Part shown: positions 12,789 through 26,914 of the stretch, in pieces | How the letters are laid out: every line of letters starts with the position of its first letter | Numbering within the stretch: position 1 is the first letter of the stretch | Assembly: GCF_006345805.1 (NCBI RefSeq) | Contig: NC_043000.1 | Location: forward strand, 34,348,001 to 34,412,000 | Reading direction: 5' to 3' | Length of the DNA stretch: 64,000 nt | From: Octopus sinensis | Taxonomy: Eukaryota | Notes under the pieces: model-generated | The model's input: the letters and a program-made list of their open reading frames with translations, nothing else | The model's database searches: none | Told to the model about the DNA's origin: nothing | Translations under genes and position numbers: made by a program

Positions 12789-13386
12789 CGAGGTGATATC
12801 AAAATTCTCCTGGACCAGTTCTGTAGCGCACCAGCAGATGGCAGCACACGGTTGCGTGCGCAGTGAGAGCTAGCAGTGACCTTTATGGGGCAATGTAGCG
12901 AGTCACGTCGCTGTGTTTACTTCGCAAATTGGGAAACTTGTGTTTTTGTGATCACATGTATGCTGTAGTCTGCGATTTTGTGATGGACAGGAAGCTGGCA
13001 CAAAGAGCCAAAGTGAAATTTTGCGTTAAATTTGAAAAGTCTGCTACTGAGACATTGAGCATTCTTCAGCAAGTTTACGTCGCCGAGGCAGTGGGTCGTA
13101 CCCGTGAGTTTCTTTCGACTTCCATCTCTTCCTGAAGACGAAAATGAAGCTCAAAGGTCGCGGTTTTAACACCGTTGTCGAGATCGAGATTGAATTGCAG
13201 AAAGTCCTCGACTCGCTTACAGAAAAAAGACTTCCAGCCCGGATTCCAAAAGTGGCAGGAACACTGGGACCGGTGTATTGCTGTGCAAGGTGACTATTTC
13301 AAAAGGAGATGATGTTAAAGCTTAAGTAAATAAGTTATTTTTTTTATTAAACATAACTAATCCGGGAACCTTTTGATACCACCTCG
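12789..13386 (+). mobile_element. internally deleted mariner
   Basis: TIRs CGAGGTGATATCAAAA / TTTTGATACCACCTCG followed by TA; N-terminal QRAKVKFCVKFEKSATET and C-terminal KWQEHWDRCIAVQGDYF. Confidence 0.85.
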
Positions 13387-15687
13387 TATACGCAGTTCTT
13401 TCTGTTGTTGCTGTCTGTTTTTTCTTTTGCGTTTTCTAGGGTTTTGTATTCAGAGTTCTTCGTATTTTCTTCCAATGCTATCTTCTGATGTATTCGATGC
13501 CATTGTCAACGTAGTTATTTCTTGTATTCTAGAGAATAGACATGGAATTATTTCCAGCCGTTCTCTCTACTTCATCCATCTTTATTTTCCTTCTTTCTCC
13601 ATTCTTTAACCGAGACAACGAACTTACCCATCTCATGTCTGAGATATTCACATTTGGTGAAATTTGCTGTTTTGTTCTATGTAACAAAGATTGTTATTTA
13701 ATCTTTTGGGAATCGAACCATAGAATCACTTTATCATTTTTCTATTTATTGAGTCATAGAGTTTAGTTTTTATCTCTTTTCTGAATAATTTGACCTTTCA
13801 CTTTTCACGTCTCCTTTAATCTATCATTGTGTACAGTTACAGAATTAAGTTGTTATTTTTAACATTTTCGTGATAAAAAAATTCAAACTATTTTTAACGG
13901 TGTCACCCCTACCCTCACCCTTGGCTTGAATACCCTGCAATGGCAGCCATCGACTATGACATCACCAATTGTATAAAACCGCTTTTATTTCGAGTCTTTC
14001 AAAGTCGGTGTATAATATGCATTTGATCATTGTATGTTGTTAGTCCATTCCTTTGTCATTGTTTATCATCGTTGATATCTCTGTAATAACTACAGCCTAA
14101 GTAAACATTCTTGTAACTATGTCTGATACGATATACAACTATTATGTTGTAATGTGTGATATCGTTGGGATAACATATACTTTATATCTCAGACGAAGTG
14201 AACATTTTTTCCAGTACTTTTCCATTATATCAAGATGTTGTATCTCTTCTTTATTACTCCTACCTATTCATGCGGTGCCACCGTTTCCAGACCCTATCTA
14301 TATTTTCTGCTTCATCCCCAATGGAATTACTGAATCTGTCTCAATAAAAAAAAGGAACTTTGATACACCTTTGATATTATACTTCGGAGCAAATATCGCT
14401 GTCACAATAGGAAATAGGCTTCCAGTAGGAATCTCCGAAGACGTTGTTTTATGATACTTAAAAATCTCACATCTATATATACATGATTTACATTTTGTAA
14501 TTCCCAACTTTTATCCAATTCCCATTCAGTTCAATGTTCTACTCAAGCGGCTCCAATGCCAAAGAGAAGTAACAAATATTCCTTTTTGTACAAATAATAG
14601 TTGAATTATCCGAGGAAAGTTGGTTTCGATTTAAAACAAAAGGTGGTGCAACAAAAATAGTTACTTCTCTTTTCTCTAAGACATGAATTAACTGATTTAA
14701 CAAAATCCTCTGAAAATGTGACATCGCAGATTTTATTTGGTGAACTACTCCAGTTGCTGTGACATCACTCAAACAGCAGTGCAGTACTAATACACCCCAT
14801 CACAGTAATACTACTATAACACTGTCACTACTTAGTCTTTGTAATTGGTTTGCCAGATTCTTGATCTGAATTCGTGTGTTGAAACATATTTTATTGTGTT
14901 TTGGGAGAGTCATTACGCCAATAATAACACGTGCACAAGTTCAATATCGCTTCTTCATTGTTACTCAAGCAGACCTTGAAGCGAAAAGGGAAGTCAATTA
15001 GTCACTGAACGGCGATGAAAGAACTTTAACAAACAACCGACTAAATGTTTAACCAACACATTGAACAAACGATCGATTAGTTCATTGGTCAGATAGTTAA
15101 CCAACCGGCTAACAATAAAAAAAGTGGTATTGACTCAGTGCATGTGTATGAAAACTTTTATTTTTACTTGCCTTTGGTCAGTAAGTGTTATTTCCTATTT
15201 GCTTCTGTCTAGAAATCAAAAGAAATGGCTACTCTTCCCTTCAAACTTTGATTTTGTGACCTGAACATCAATGTTTTGAAACTGGTCTTTTTTCCATTAC
15301 ATTTCAGAGTTGAGTTGCTCAAGCAGAAATATCGTTATAACAAATATTCTGCTCAATACCAGAGATTTGTTACCTGTTTGACCTTATTCAGTTGAACATG
15401 TCCTTTAGTGGCTGACGATATATGCATCTCTGATCATGAGTAGAAATTGTGGTGGAGTATCATAGCCATGTATTGAGAGGGATTCTTCGGAGGTTTCAAT
15501 AAATGTTAAAAAAGCAAAATTTGAAGGAAATATTAACCATTTTTCATACTTTCTAGGGGTCAACAAATAGGAAATAACATTTGCTACCAAGGACAAAAGT
15601 TGTCTTACGCGGTATGACTGGGGCAATGCCCCGCCCCCAATACATAACTAAACTACCACTTCCATTAGAGTAGTATTAATGTAACCT

Positions 15688-15921
15688 TAAGGCGGCGAGC
15701 TGGCAGAATCGTTTGCACGCCGGGCGAAATGCTTAGCAGTATTTCGTCTGTCGCTACGTTCTGAGTTCAAATTCCGCCGAGATCGACTTTGCCTTTCATC
15801 CTTTCGGGGTCGATAAATTAAGTACCAGTTACGCAATGGGGTTGATATAATCGACTTAATCCGTTTGTCTGTCCTTGTTTGTCCTCCATGTGTTTAGCCC
15901 CTTGTGAGTAGTAAATAAATA
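15688..15921 (+). mobile_element. tRNA-derived SINE family A monomer with Tx1-like tail
   Basis: Full head and core; tail GCCCCTTGTGAGTAGTAAATAAAT; 14-bp TSD AGTATTAATGTAAC at 15672-15685 and 15922-15935. Confidence 0.9.
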
Positions 15922-16682
15922 AGTATTAATGTAACTTACCAATTGCTATGGTAGGAAATAAGAAATACACACACACATACACACGCTTACGCATAGTGTA
16001 CACACCCACAATAGCTTCATACACGCACATGTTCGTATACACACGTGTGCTCCCATGCACACACATATATACGCACACATTAGCATCATACACATACGTG
16101 CTTGTGCACACACACAAACGCGTGCAATTACACCCACATATAATGACCCATACATTAGCTTCTCTCACACAAACACATACACATACCCGGAGACTGTTGC
16201 CTTGCTACCTGCCCCTCAAACCAACTTCATCCTCTTCCGGTCACTTCCACCTGCTTTGACCAGCCTCCGGACAACATCCCTGCTCACTGCTACCGGGACA
16301 GAGATGACTATCTCGAGTGCAAGCCTCGTAAACCGGAATGGTTGATCCAGTGCATCTCCCTCGCCATCCTCCGGGACTCCTCCCTTTCCATTTTGTCCTT
16401 CAGGACCATGAGGCCGACTGACGAGTTTATCTTTCTTAAATTGAATGTCTATTAGTTCAATATTCACAAAGTATTCAATACTTTCCTCTACTGAGGCAAA
16501 CAACATCTCGAAAGTTGGAAAGCTGCATCCTGACCGATAACTCTTTCATTCACACACACTTTTTCTTTCCTGTTTCTTTCTTTTCTTCTCTCTCACTCTC
16601 TCTCTTCATTTATCAAGACGGAAGACTCGAACCGTTGAGATACACAAAAACACATACATACACACATATATATATACATATA

Positions 16683-16848
16683 TACGATGGGCTTCTTTCA
16701 GTTTCCATCTACCAAATCCACTCACAAAGCTTTGGTCGGCTCGAGGCTAAAGTAGAAGACACTTGCCCAAGGTGCCACGCAGTGGGACTGAACCCGGAAC
16801 CATGTGGTTGGTAAGCAAGCTACTTACCACACAGACACTCCTGCGCCT
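16683..16848 (-). mobile_element. family B CORE-like SINE, 5' module
   Basis: Reverse complement of the 11440-11590 and 24367-24530 sequence. Confidence 0.8.
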
Positions 16849-16907
16849 ATATATATATATGTATATATATATATATGTACGATGGGCTTCTTTCAGTTAT
16901 ATATATG

Positions 16908-16939
<32 letters not shown>

Positions 16940-16940
<1 letters not shown>

Positions 16941-17308
16941 CTCTCTATATAAACGGCAGTTTGTCTGTGCGTGCTTCTGTGTGTCTGTTTGCTTGTACCC
17001 TCACCCTGACCACGGCTTTCAACCGATTCTGATGAAACTTGACACACACATAGCCGAATGTCATAATTCAGAACTAACGCAGCGAAAATTTTGAAAAGTT
17101 CCCCCAGTTCTGAAAAAAATCGATAAATTCGACATGGGGTCGAGAATCAGAAACACAAACCGCAAACTGTCTAGGGGACGCAACTCCACCTTTTTTAACT
17201 AAAACAAAAAATTACCATCATTTTTTCCTATTTTTTTGCTATAACTCTCTAAAAATGCTTTATAGTTATTTCCCTTACAAACTGAGCAACGCCGGGCGAT
17301 ACTGCTAG
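16940..17308 (+). mobile_element. non-autonomous Helitron
   Basis: 5' TC, 3' CTAG preceded by GC-rich GAGCAACGCCGGGCG, inserted between A and T in (TA)n, no TSD. Confidence 0.75.
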
Positions 17309-17340
<32 letters not shown>

Positions 17341-17383
17341 ATATATATATATATATATAATAATATATATATATATATATATG

Positions 17384-17432
<49 letters not shown>

Positions 17433-17433
<1 letters not shown>

Positions 17434-17800
17434 TAGCAGTATCGCCCGGCGTTGCTCAGGTTGTAAGGGAAATAACTATAAAGCATTTTTAGAGAGTTAT
17501 AGCCAAAAAATGGAAAAAAAATGATGGTAAATTTTTTTTGAGAGTAAAAAAAGGTGGAGTTGCGTCCCCTAGACGGTTCGTGTTTCTGATTCTCGACCCC
17601 ATGTCGAATTTATCGATTTTTTTCAGAACTGGGGGAACTTTTCAAAATTTTCGCTGCGTTAGTTTTGAATTATGACATTGGGCTATGTGTGTGTCAAGTT
17701 TCATCAGAATCGGTTGAAAGCCGTGGTCAGGGTGAGGGTACAAGCAAACAGACACACAGAAACACGCACAGACAAACTGCCGTTTATATAGAGAGAGAGA
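17433..17800 (-). mobile_element. non-autonomous Helitron, same family, inverted
   Basis: Reverse complement of 16940-17308 with scattered substitutions and small indels. Confidence 0.75.
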
Positions 17801-18083
17801 TATATATACTCTATATGTAAGGTATATATGTATACACGGAAAGTGGATATGTCTAAGTATTTCATTTATTTTCATTTTGTGTTCCTAGGTGTTGAAGCAA
17901 GAATCCTTTTTGGATTAATCCAGAAATCGGAACCGATTCGGGGAAAGCTATATTTTTATGAATTTCTGCTAGCTTGCTTTTTTTTTTGTTTTGTCACGTG
18001 GTGTAATAATACAAGCGAAAATATTTTATGTGGTCAGAGGATTTAGCGTCTATTTTTCAGAATAGTCTTTTTGCCCTTATTTA

Positions 18084-18164
<81 letters not shown>

Positions 18165-18255
18165 TGTAAACAAACCCAGAGACTTGATAAGTTACGAGAA
18201 AAAGCGGCGAAGAAATTTTTTTTATGTGTATATATTAATATATATATATATAATA

Positions 18256-18332
<77 letters not shown>

Positions 18333-19399
18333 GTTGGAATTACAAAAAGAAAAGAAACGAAAGACGAAGACGGGTCTGTAAACAACGAACAGATGTATTA
18401 GTTTAACCTTCGGGAAGTGAGAAAGTCTTTTACGTTTCGAGCCTACGCTCTTCAACAGAAAGACAGAAAGGAACGCAGAAATAAGTAGAGAGAGAAAATA
18501 AAAATGGTTTAGTATATATATATATATATTATTATATAGATATTAAGCTTAATCCAACGGGGAAAACAGAAAAAAAAAAAACAACACGTGGAACAATACA
18601 GTATTATTATTATTAGGCGCTCAGGAAAATGGAAGAAGGAGGGTATGACGTATATATATATATATATAATTATTATTATCAACGGAGGTACATCACCATG
18701 GCCGTAGCTCTGAGCTGAAACTACAGAAAAAATATTATTAGATAATAAATCGCATGGTTTATACGGATGCTCCTGAAAGAGTTGTTAAGTGTCCCACCCG
18801 TGAGGGATCGAAGCTGGATGGATCGAAACAATTGTAGTGATCAATAAAATTCTAGTATCTTCCATCTTCCGGCTCTCGCATTAACATTCTGTCTACCAAT
18901 AGGTCCAATGGACCTCTTTTCAGTTTTTCCTATTGTCTATATTATTTGATTGTGCTGACTCTTATGTTTTCTTGACTCCCTTTTAGTTGTCAAATGGGAA
19001 ATTTTGCGTATGTTTATAAAAGCTAGAAAATGTCACTTTTGGACCCGCGAATTAAATTCAGACAATACTCTTGTCATTCTAAACAGAATAAAAGCAGTAC
19101 CAAATATCATTTTCATAAATATTTATCAGATATAAAATAAATAAAATTGTATTTAATTTATTTGCTGAATTTTAGATAAAATAAGAAAAATTATGAAAAT
19201 ATACCTGTAAATTTGTGTGTTATTGCATCACCTTCAATCTGCAAGGTTATAGGGTGATGCAATATTTCTATGTGATTATGCAATTCTTATAATATATTAC
19301 ATCTTTCAGGAGAGTATAAATATGTGAGAGCGCAATATCTGCCTTTAGTCTGCTATCAAGTTTCATATAGTTCATTTGTACTTTCCAATATGCCTTGAC

Positions 19400-21075
19400 A
19401 TGAAAACTTGAGTGAAGACCAAATATTGAAAAGGTTATTGGAATTAGATAAAGAACGGGAAGAAGATAGTTGTGGCTCCTTCTATAGCTCTGAAGATGAT
19501 GGATGAAAGTGGTTGTGTGGTGGACAGTTTAGGTTCTGTGTCATCAGATGATGAAGATACTCACAAATAATTATCTGCAAGCCACCCAATTATGAATGAG
19601 CAATATGTTTCTAGAGACAGGCAAGAAGTTTGGCATTCTAATCCCCTTACTCAACAGCATTAAGAACTTCATCTTGTAATACTGTGCGCCAAGAATGTAG
19701 ACCATTCCGTTTTGCTAAGAGGTCTTGCAGTACCACTGACACATGTTTTACTAACTTTATGTACCAGAATCTTCTTGAAGTAATTCGTAAATGGACAAAT
19801 GCTGAAGGTCAGGTTGTTTACAAAGATAAATGGAAAGAAATTGATCACTCTGAACTAAAGAAATTTATTGGACTGATTATAAATCTAAACATGAAAATGT
19901 CACACAGTTATGGAGTCAAGAAGATGGCCGCCCAATATTCAACAAAATTATGAACCGGAGAAGATTTCAACAGATTTTACAAGTATTGCGCTTTGATGAT
20001 GCTAGTGAAAGAAGAAAAAAGAGAAGTGATGACAAATTGGAGCCCATAAGAGAAGTATTTGAAATGTGGAATCAGAATTTGCAAGATGGATAGGTTCCAT
20101 GTTTATGCATGACAGTTGATGAACAATTGCTTCATTCAGAGGGCGCTGCCCATCCTAGGTATATATTCCTTCAAAACCAGGCAAATATCGAATTAAAATT
20201 TGGGCGATATGCAGCAGTGAAACATCTTATGTCTGAAAAATGCAAATCTACACTGGAAAAGACCGAGGAAAAGGGAGAGAGACAAATCAAGGTTAAAGAG
20301 TTTTTAAAGACCCAGTAAAAGAACTTGAAAATACTGGTCGCAATGTAACCTGTGATAATTTTTTTTTTACAAGTCTAGGGTTGGCTCGAAAGCTGCTTAG
20401 CAAGAAAACTGTTTTAGTTGGAACAATTAGAAAGAACAGAGTTGAACTTCCAAGTGCTTTCATAAATGGAAAAGGAAGTGAAATCAACAGCAGAATATTT
20501 GGATTTCAAAAGGATTCTATCATCCTATCTTATTATGCCAAGAAAAATTATGTTGTCACACTTATGAGTACAATGCACTCTCAACCTTCAATTGTTTTAA
20601 AAAGTGTTGAAAAGAAACTTGTTACAACAAAACAAAAGGAAGAGTAGATACCCTAGATAAGATGGTAAGGACATACACATGCAAAAGAATGACTCGAAGA
20701 TGGCCAATGGTTATATTCTACACGATTGATATAAGTGCAATGAATGCCTTCGTTGTTGCTAAACAGCTTCACTTGCAAAGTTTCAAGGATAAAAAAAGAG
20801 AGAGCCTAATTCGGTTTTTAAAGGAACTTGCTGGAGTTAATGCTAAACAAGAACATGACAAACAATCTTCTAGTTCCGCTAATGTTTCTCAACCATACAA
20901 GAAAAGAAGACGATTTTCAACCTCATTTGAGATTCCTCAACCAAAGTAAAAAGGAAGATAATCTTTGTGTGGCCCAGAACAAGACAGGAAAGCTCGTACA
21001 ACATATAAGAATTATAATATTCATGTTTGCCAAGAATATTCCAATGTTGTCTGCGTTCACTGCCACGAAGAGCTT
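19400..21075 (+). mobile_element. piggyBac (PGBD4-like) transposase pseudogene
   Basis: LRFDD, MTVDEQL, YIPSKPGKY, RNVTCDNFF, LVGTIRKNR, GVD-like RVDTLDKMV and TRRWPM motifs across frameshifts; termini not resolved. Confidence 0.9.
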
Positions 21076-21122
21076 GTAATTCTGTATTTTTGTATTTTTG
21101 TAGACCAAGGGTAACCATATAT

Positions 21123-21242
<120 letters not shown>

Positions 21243-21979
21243 CGTGCGTGCGTGTAGAATATACTCAGTGTAAAACTGGGACACCATGTTCAAATTGCGG
21301 ACTCGGTTCACAATTATGTAGCGTACATGTGTATATATATATATATAATATATATATATATATATTATAATATATATATGTATGTATGTATGTATGTAGG
21401 TATGATGGAGGTATGTATGTGTGAGTGAGTATGTAGAGGTCTATAGATTACGTCTACAGGGAGACCAATTAAAGAGGAGCAAACATATATTCTATTCTTT
21501 ATGAAACACACGTACACACACACACATATACACACACTCACACACGCACACACACACACACGTACGCACACACAGACAGATTTAGTGAGACACATGGATA
21601 CTACCTGGGAGTGAAGCATTAGGAAGTGAACTGGGTACATTACACCCAGTTGGCCCCGAAAGACCACCCACTTACTCCATTACATATCCACCCTTTCATA
21701 TAAACAAACTCTTTGGCCATCTTCTCCCCTCCCCACCACCTTCACTCTCCCACCTCTTCCTTTCTCCAACTCTTTTAATCACATCACTTCTCTCTCTCTC
21801 TCTCTCTCTCCCTGCCTCTCCCTCCTCTCTCCCCCTCTCTCTCTCCACTTCGTTTATACAGAAACTAATACCATTTCTTCTCTCGCTTCCTCACCCTGTC
21901 TCACCGTGTCTCACTTTCTTATAGTTTTCAAATACACACACACACACAAAGACACAAAGACACACACACACACACACAC

Positions 21980-22059
<80 letters not shown>

Positions 22060-22366
22060 CACAGCTACAACACACATATACATATAGCCACTCATTACAC
22101 CATACACACCTCAATACAATAACATATGCACACACACACACCCACAATCTCTCCCTCCAGCCGGGCAACTCCCATCCCAGTACACCTCTACCCGCAACTC
22201 TCACTAAACACCATTCTTCACCTCCACCAAACCCCCTCCCCCATCATCAAGTTTGTTTCCCTTTCTTTCATTCCCCACCCACAATACCATTTCTCCTTGT
22301 CACGTCGCTATTGTTACTCTTTCCCTGTTTATACGCTTGTGTGTGTGTGTGTGTGTGTGTGGTGTG

Positions 22367-22399
<33 letters not shown>

Positions 22400-22483
22400 G
22401 TATATATATGGTCTCTGTATTTTGTATGCTCTATGTAAATATATTTGTATACAAGTGTACCTATGTCTGTGTGCGTGTGTGTG

Positions 22484-22549
<66 letters not shown>

Positions 22550-22711
22550 TGTTGTTCGACTAAAACCTCGTCAATGCCGTGCCCCAGCATGACCGCAGTC
22601 CCGCAGTCTAATGACTGAAACAAGTAAAATAAAATATAAAGATATATATATTGTGTGTGAGTATGTATGACTGTGTATGTGTCAGTATGTATGTATCTGT
22701 CAAGAGTAATC

Positions 22712-22745
<34 letters not shown>

Positions 22746-22952
22746 CAGGCAGACAAACAGACAAATATAGACAGACAGAGGGGGATCTCCTCTCTCTCTC
22801 TCTCTCTCTTTCTCTCTCCCTGCCACTGAGCAGCCATGTTTACTCTATACTTCACTGGTTGTTTATGATCAGCGATGATGGAGAACGATGACGGCAACAG
22901 CAACAACAACCACATGTAAACAATTTTAAATATCATCATCATCATCATCATG

Positions 22953-23000
<48 letters not shown>

Positions 23001-23405
23001 GTCATCATCATCATCATCATTGTCGCGGTCCTTGTAGTCGTCGTCCTCGACGTAGTCATAATCAGGATTTTAATAATAAAAAAAAATAATCCTAATAACT
23101 ACAGCAACAACAACAATAACAAGATCAAAAACAATAACAACAATAAAATAATTTTTTTTTTTTACTTTATTGTTTGTAGTTGTTGTTATGCATGTTTTTT
23201 TTTCGGGTTCAAGCGAAGTAAGGGACAGAAGGGGGGGTCAACTATGTGTGCGTGTGTGTGCGTGTGTGTGTGTGTGTGTGGTGTGTGTGTGTGTGTGGTG
23301 TGTGTGTGCGTATTTGTGTTTGTGGTGAGGGAAGTCGACTTCACACGAGCAATGAGACTTGTTGAAAATGTTGCAAAGAGAAACAGCTGTGGGAGCAGTG
23401 AGAGA

Positions 23406-23443
<38 letters not shown>

Positions 23444-24366
23444 TAGAGAGAGAGAGAGAGGGGGGGAGAGAGAGACAGACAGACAGGCAGCGTGAGTGTG
23501 GGAGTGATAGAGTAAGGAAGACAGAGAGAAGGGAAGAAAAAGGAAAAGAGATTTAAACGGGCAACGAGAGTGGGAGGAGAAAAACAGCGCTAAATTTTTG
23601 TCAGGGTCGGGTCAAGCCGGCGCAACCTTCCCCACTCAGTTATCTCTTAGATTTCACATAAACACATTTATAACTAAACACACATGCACACCTACATATT
23701 TACATATACCTACCTATATGTAAGTGTGTGTGTGTGTGTTCAAACACGTGCACACATACAATATGGCGCCGTCCACATGAGACGTGCAGGTGTAGAGCGC
23801 TGTTTAAAATGCCTTTTTGAAGGTTTTCTTCTCTAATGATGCCGCCTCCTCCAGTCTCAATCAGTAACTGGTTTATTTCTTCTGTCATAAATAAGAGACT
23901 CCGCTTTTACCTTCAAACGATACGTTATTCAAACCGGGTTACAAAATATATCTGAGACCACGTGGAATCTCACTGGTACGTTCATAGCTGATCTTGATAA
24001 CGACACCAAACACAGACCGTGCTATAACACCCGTAAGTTATTTCAGACGATATTATTCGATTCCCTTCACGTGGTCTTAATATTTAAATCAGGATCTAAT
24101 ATGGTGCCATGAAAATGCCCCTGACGACCTTTCTGGGGGCTGTATGAAACAGCTAAAAATATTCTGAGAGAAAGCTCACCGTAACTTAAACTATTTCGCA
24201 GTAAAACAGCTTCGGCGTGAAGGATCATTGCAAAACAAAAAGAAAAAAAAAAGAAGTGGAAATGGCTATCGTAGATAGTAATTGCTATTCCGGCTCTTGT
24301 AATACATATCGATCTTCTCAGATCATTGAGAACCTGCGAAAATAAGAAAGATCAAAAATAAAACAA

Positions 24367-24775
24367 AGGCACAGGAGTGGCTATGTGGTAAGTAGCTTGC
24401 TAACCAACCACATGGTTCTGGGTTCAGTCCCACTGCGTGGCATCTTGGGCAAGTGTCTTCTGCTATAGCCTCGGGCCGACCAAAGCCTTGTGAGTGGATT
24501 TGGTAGACGGAAACTGAAAGAAGCCTGTCGTATATATGTATATATATGTGTATGTATGTGTGTGTATATGTTTGTGTGTCTGTGTTTGTTCCTCTAGCAT
24601 TGCTTGACAACCGATGCTGGTGTGTTTACGTCCCCGTCACTTAGCGGTTCGGCAAAAGAGACCGATAGAATAAGTACTAGGCTTACAAAGAATAAGTCCC
24701 GGGGTCGATTTGCTCGACTAAAGGCGGTGCTCCAGCATGGCCGCAGTCAAATGACTGAAACAAGTAAAAGATAAA
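24367..24775 (+). mobile_element. family B CORE-like SINE, complete composite
   Basis: Same tripartite structure as 11440-11840. Confidence 0.85.
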
Positions 24776-25411
24776 GAAAGATAAAAAAAGATGTCACTAT
24801 TCCTCTGACATTTCATTCTCGAGGTTAACCATCCAATGTGCCAACGTTGGTTGTTGATGCTTCATTGAAGTTTAGTTTTCCATCGAAGCTGCTTCTTCTG
24901 TTCAGTAATTACCACGAATACTGCAAGTCTTTCTTTGGAGTTCTTTAATACAACCTTTTTTCTCTCAATTCAACCTTTCTGCCAAAACAAACAGGTCAGT
25001 AACAACATATTCTCGCCTTCAACTTAAAATATTCTGAGATGTATAAAAAATCCATTTTAATTTTTGCTGTCAAAAGATTGTATATATATACCAAAGACTG
25101 TATATATATTCATGTAATGTGACAATTTGCGACAACCAATAATTAACGCAACAAATTTCCAATAATATATTTGTTTTATCCTTTTCTCTCTGCCAATTTT
25201 TCCAAATATTCTCATCACACTATTGAATTCTCTGTTACCAAACACTATATTTATACATGTAATGTGACAATTTTGTATAAAAAAACATTTTTGAATTCAT
25301 AATATCCAATGTGACAATTATGTAAAAAACTTTTTGGAATGCATAATATTCAATGTGACAATTATGTAAAAAAATTTTTTGAACCCATATTATTCAATGA
25401 TACTTTTAATG

Positions 25412-25456
25412 TTACTTTTGACAATCTTTTACCAAAGAGTGAAACCGGTTAAGTAA
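25412..25456 (+). ncRNA. Penelope-type minimal hammerhead with U3-A8 core variant
   Basis: TTACTT-TTGACAA-T CTTTT acca AAGAG T-GAAA-CCGG-TT-AAGTAA; stem I TTACTT/AAGTAA; homologous to 61259-61305. Confidence 0.45.
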
Positions 25457-25623
25457 ATAAACATCGTTTAAATTGCATTTTCAAACCTTTTTTCTTATAT
25501 AATCCCACTCGTGCGATTCCCCACAACTCAACTTTTATATATATATATATATATATATGTACGTATGTATATACATATATATATATTATATATATAATAT
25601 ATATATATGTATATATATGTACG

Positions 25624-25677
<54 letters not shown>

Positions 25678-25708
25678 ATATATATATGTATATATATATA
25701 TATACGTA

Positions 25709-25739
<31 letters not shown>

Positions 25740-25794
25740 TATATATATATATAATATATATATATGTATATATATGTGTATATATATATATAAT

Positions 25795-25842
<48 letters not shown>

Positions 25843-25846
25843 ATAT

Positions 25847-26875
25847 ACTAGCAGAGATACCCGGCGTTGCCCGGTTACATTCAATTGAAGAATTAGACTT
25901 TTCTGTTATATTTTCTGAATGAACTGGAATATCTATGTTTCGAATTTCATCAAAATTGCAGATGAGGGTTATTTCCCTCTTTACACACCCTAAAAAATTG
26001 TAATCATGCCACATGGAAACCAAAAGACGAATGATCACAATAAGCAGTCAGTTACCCTACCCTAGTGGTTACCACTCCCAATGTAGGATTCCTCACCATC
26101 CAGGTGACAGGCACAGCCGTAAGATGCATTACAAATCTATAGCAATTGGAAGGGTGTGACCCAACTGAAATCAACATTAACAACTGTGTGACGTGAGGGC
26201 TAAAGAGAAATTAAAGTGTCACCTCTGGAGTTTGCAAATAACCACTATACTGATACGTAACTGGACAGAATGAATTTAAAATCTATAAATGTCTTTGAAT
26301 AACCAGTCACTCATCTGGGAAGGCCTTGTAATTAATGTTACCATCTGGGGACTATGTGTGACCAAGTGAAAATAAAAAGACTGAAAGGATGTCTGCAATC
26401 AAATAACTTTACTCAACACTTTGCAACTGAATCAGTGGAGACAAAGATGCCTCTCATTTACTTAACAATTTATGCACCACATTGCAGAAATCACAATGTA
26501 AGTGTATGTCAAAGCAAACTGCTACACTGTTGTACCATTGAATTAGAAATAATGCCCAACTTTTATGCTCGGGTAACCCTACAGCTTCCAAGAGCACAAC
26601 TGTATTCGTTTTTGCTTAGATAAAATGACAAAATTGTGGGTGTTAAGTCCCCATGGAGGGGTCTTTCTAACTTTGTAAGAAGATGAAATTTTATAAATAT
26701 TACTTCATTTGTGTCTAATATCTTTGGTTAAAATTTCATCAACAGCAAAAATATTTGAATTGTCATGGGGGTTATGGCCCTTATGCTTAGAATATAATTT
26801 CCAAATTTCATAAAGATCTATTCAGTACTTTTGACCTAGTTTTGGATCATAAAAGAAATGACTAAAATTAGGGTG

Positions 26876-26914
<39 letters not shown>

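Noticed and set aside
13450-14780. Possible old L1/Tx1 ORF2 remnant on the minus strand (FSLALEPL, KLGIT)
   Set aside because: Too degenerate to call with support
16190-16540. GC-richer block with a minus-strand peptide RRMAREMHWI resembling a GIY-YIG C-terminus
   Set aside because: Single weak motif; cannot be distinguished from chance
23590-23900. Possible promoter or enhancer (ATGGCGCC YY1-like motif, local CpGs)
   Set aside because: Short motifs only, with no linked gene
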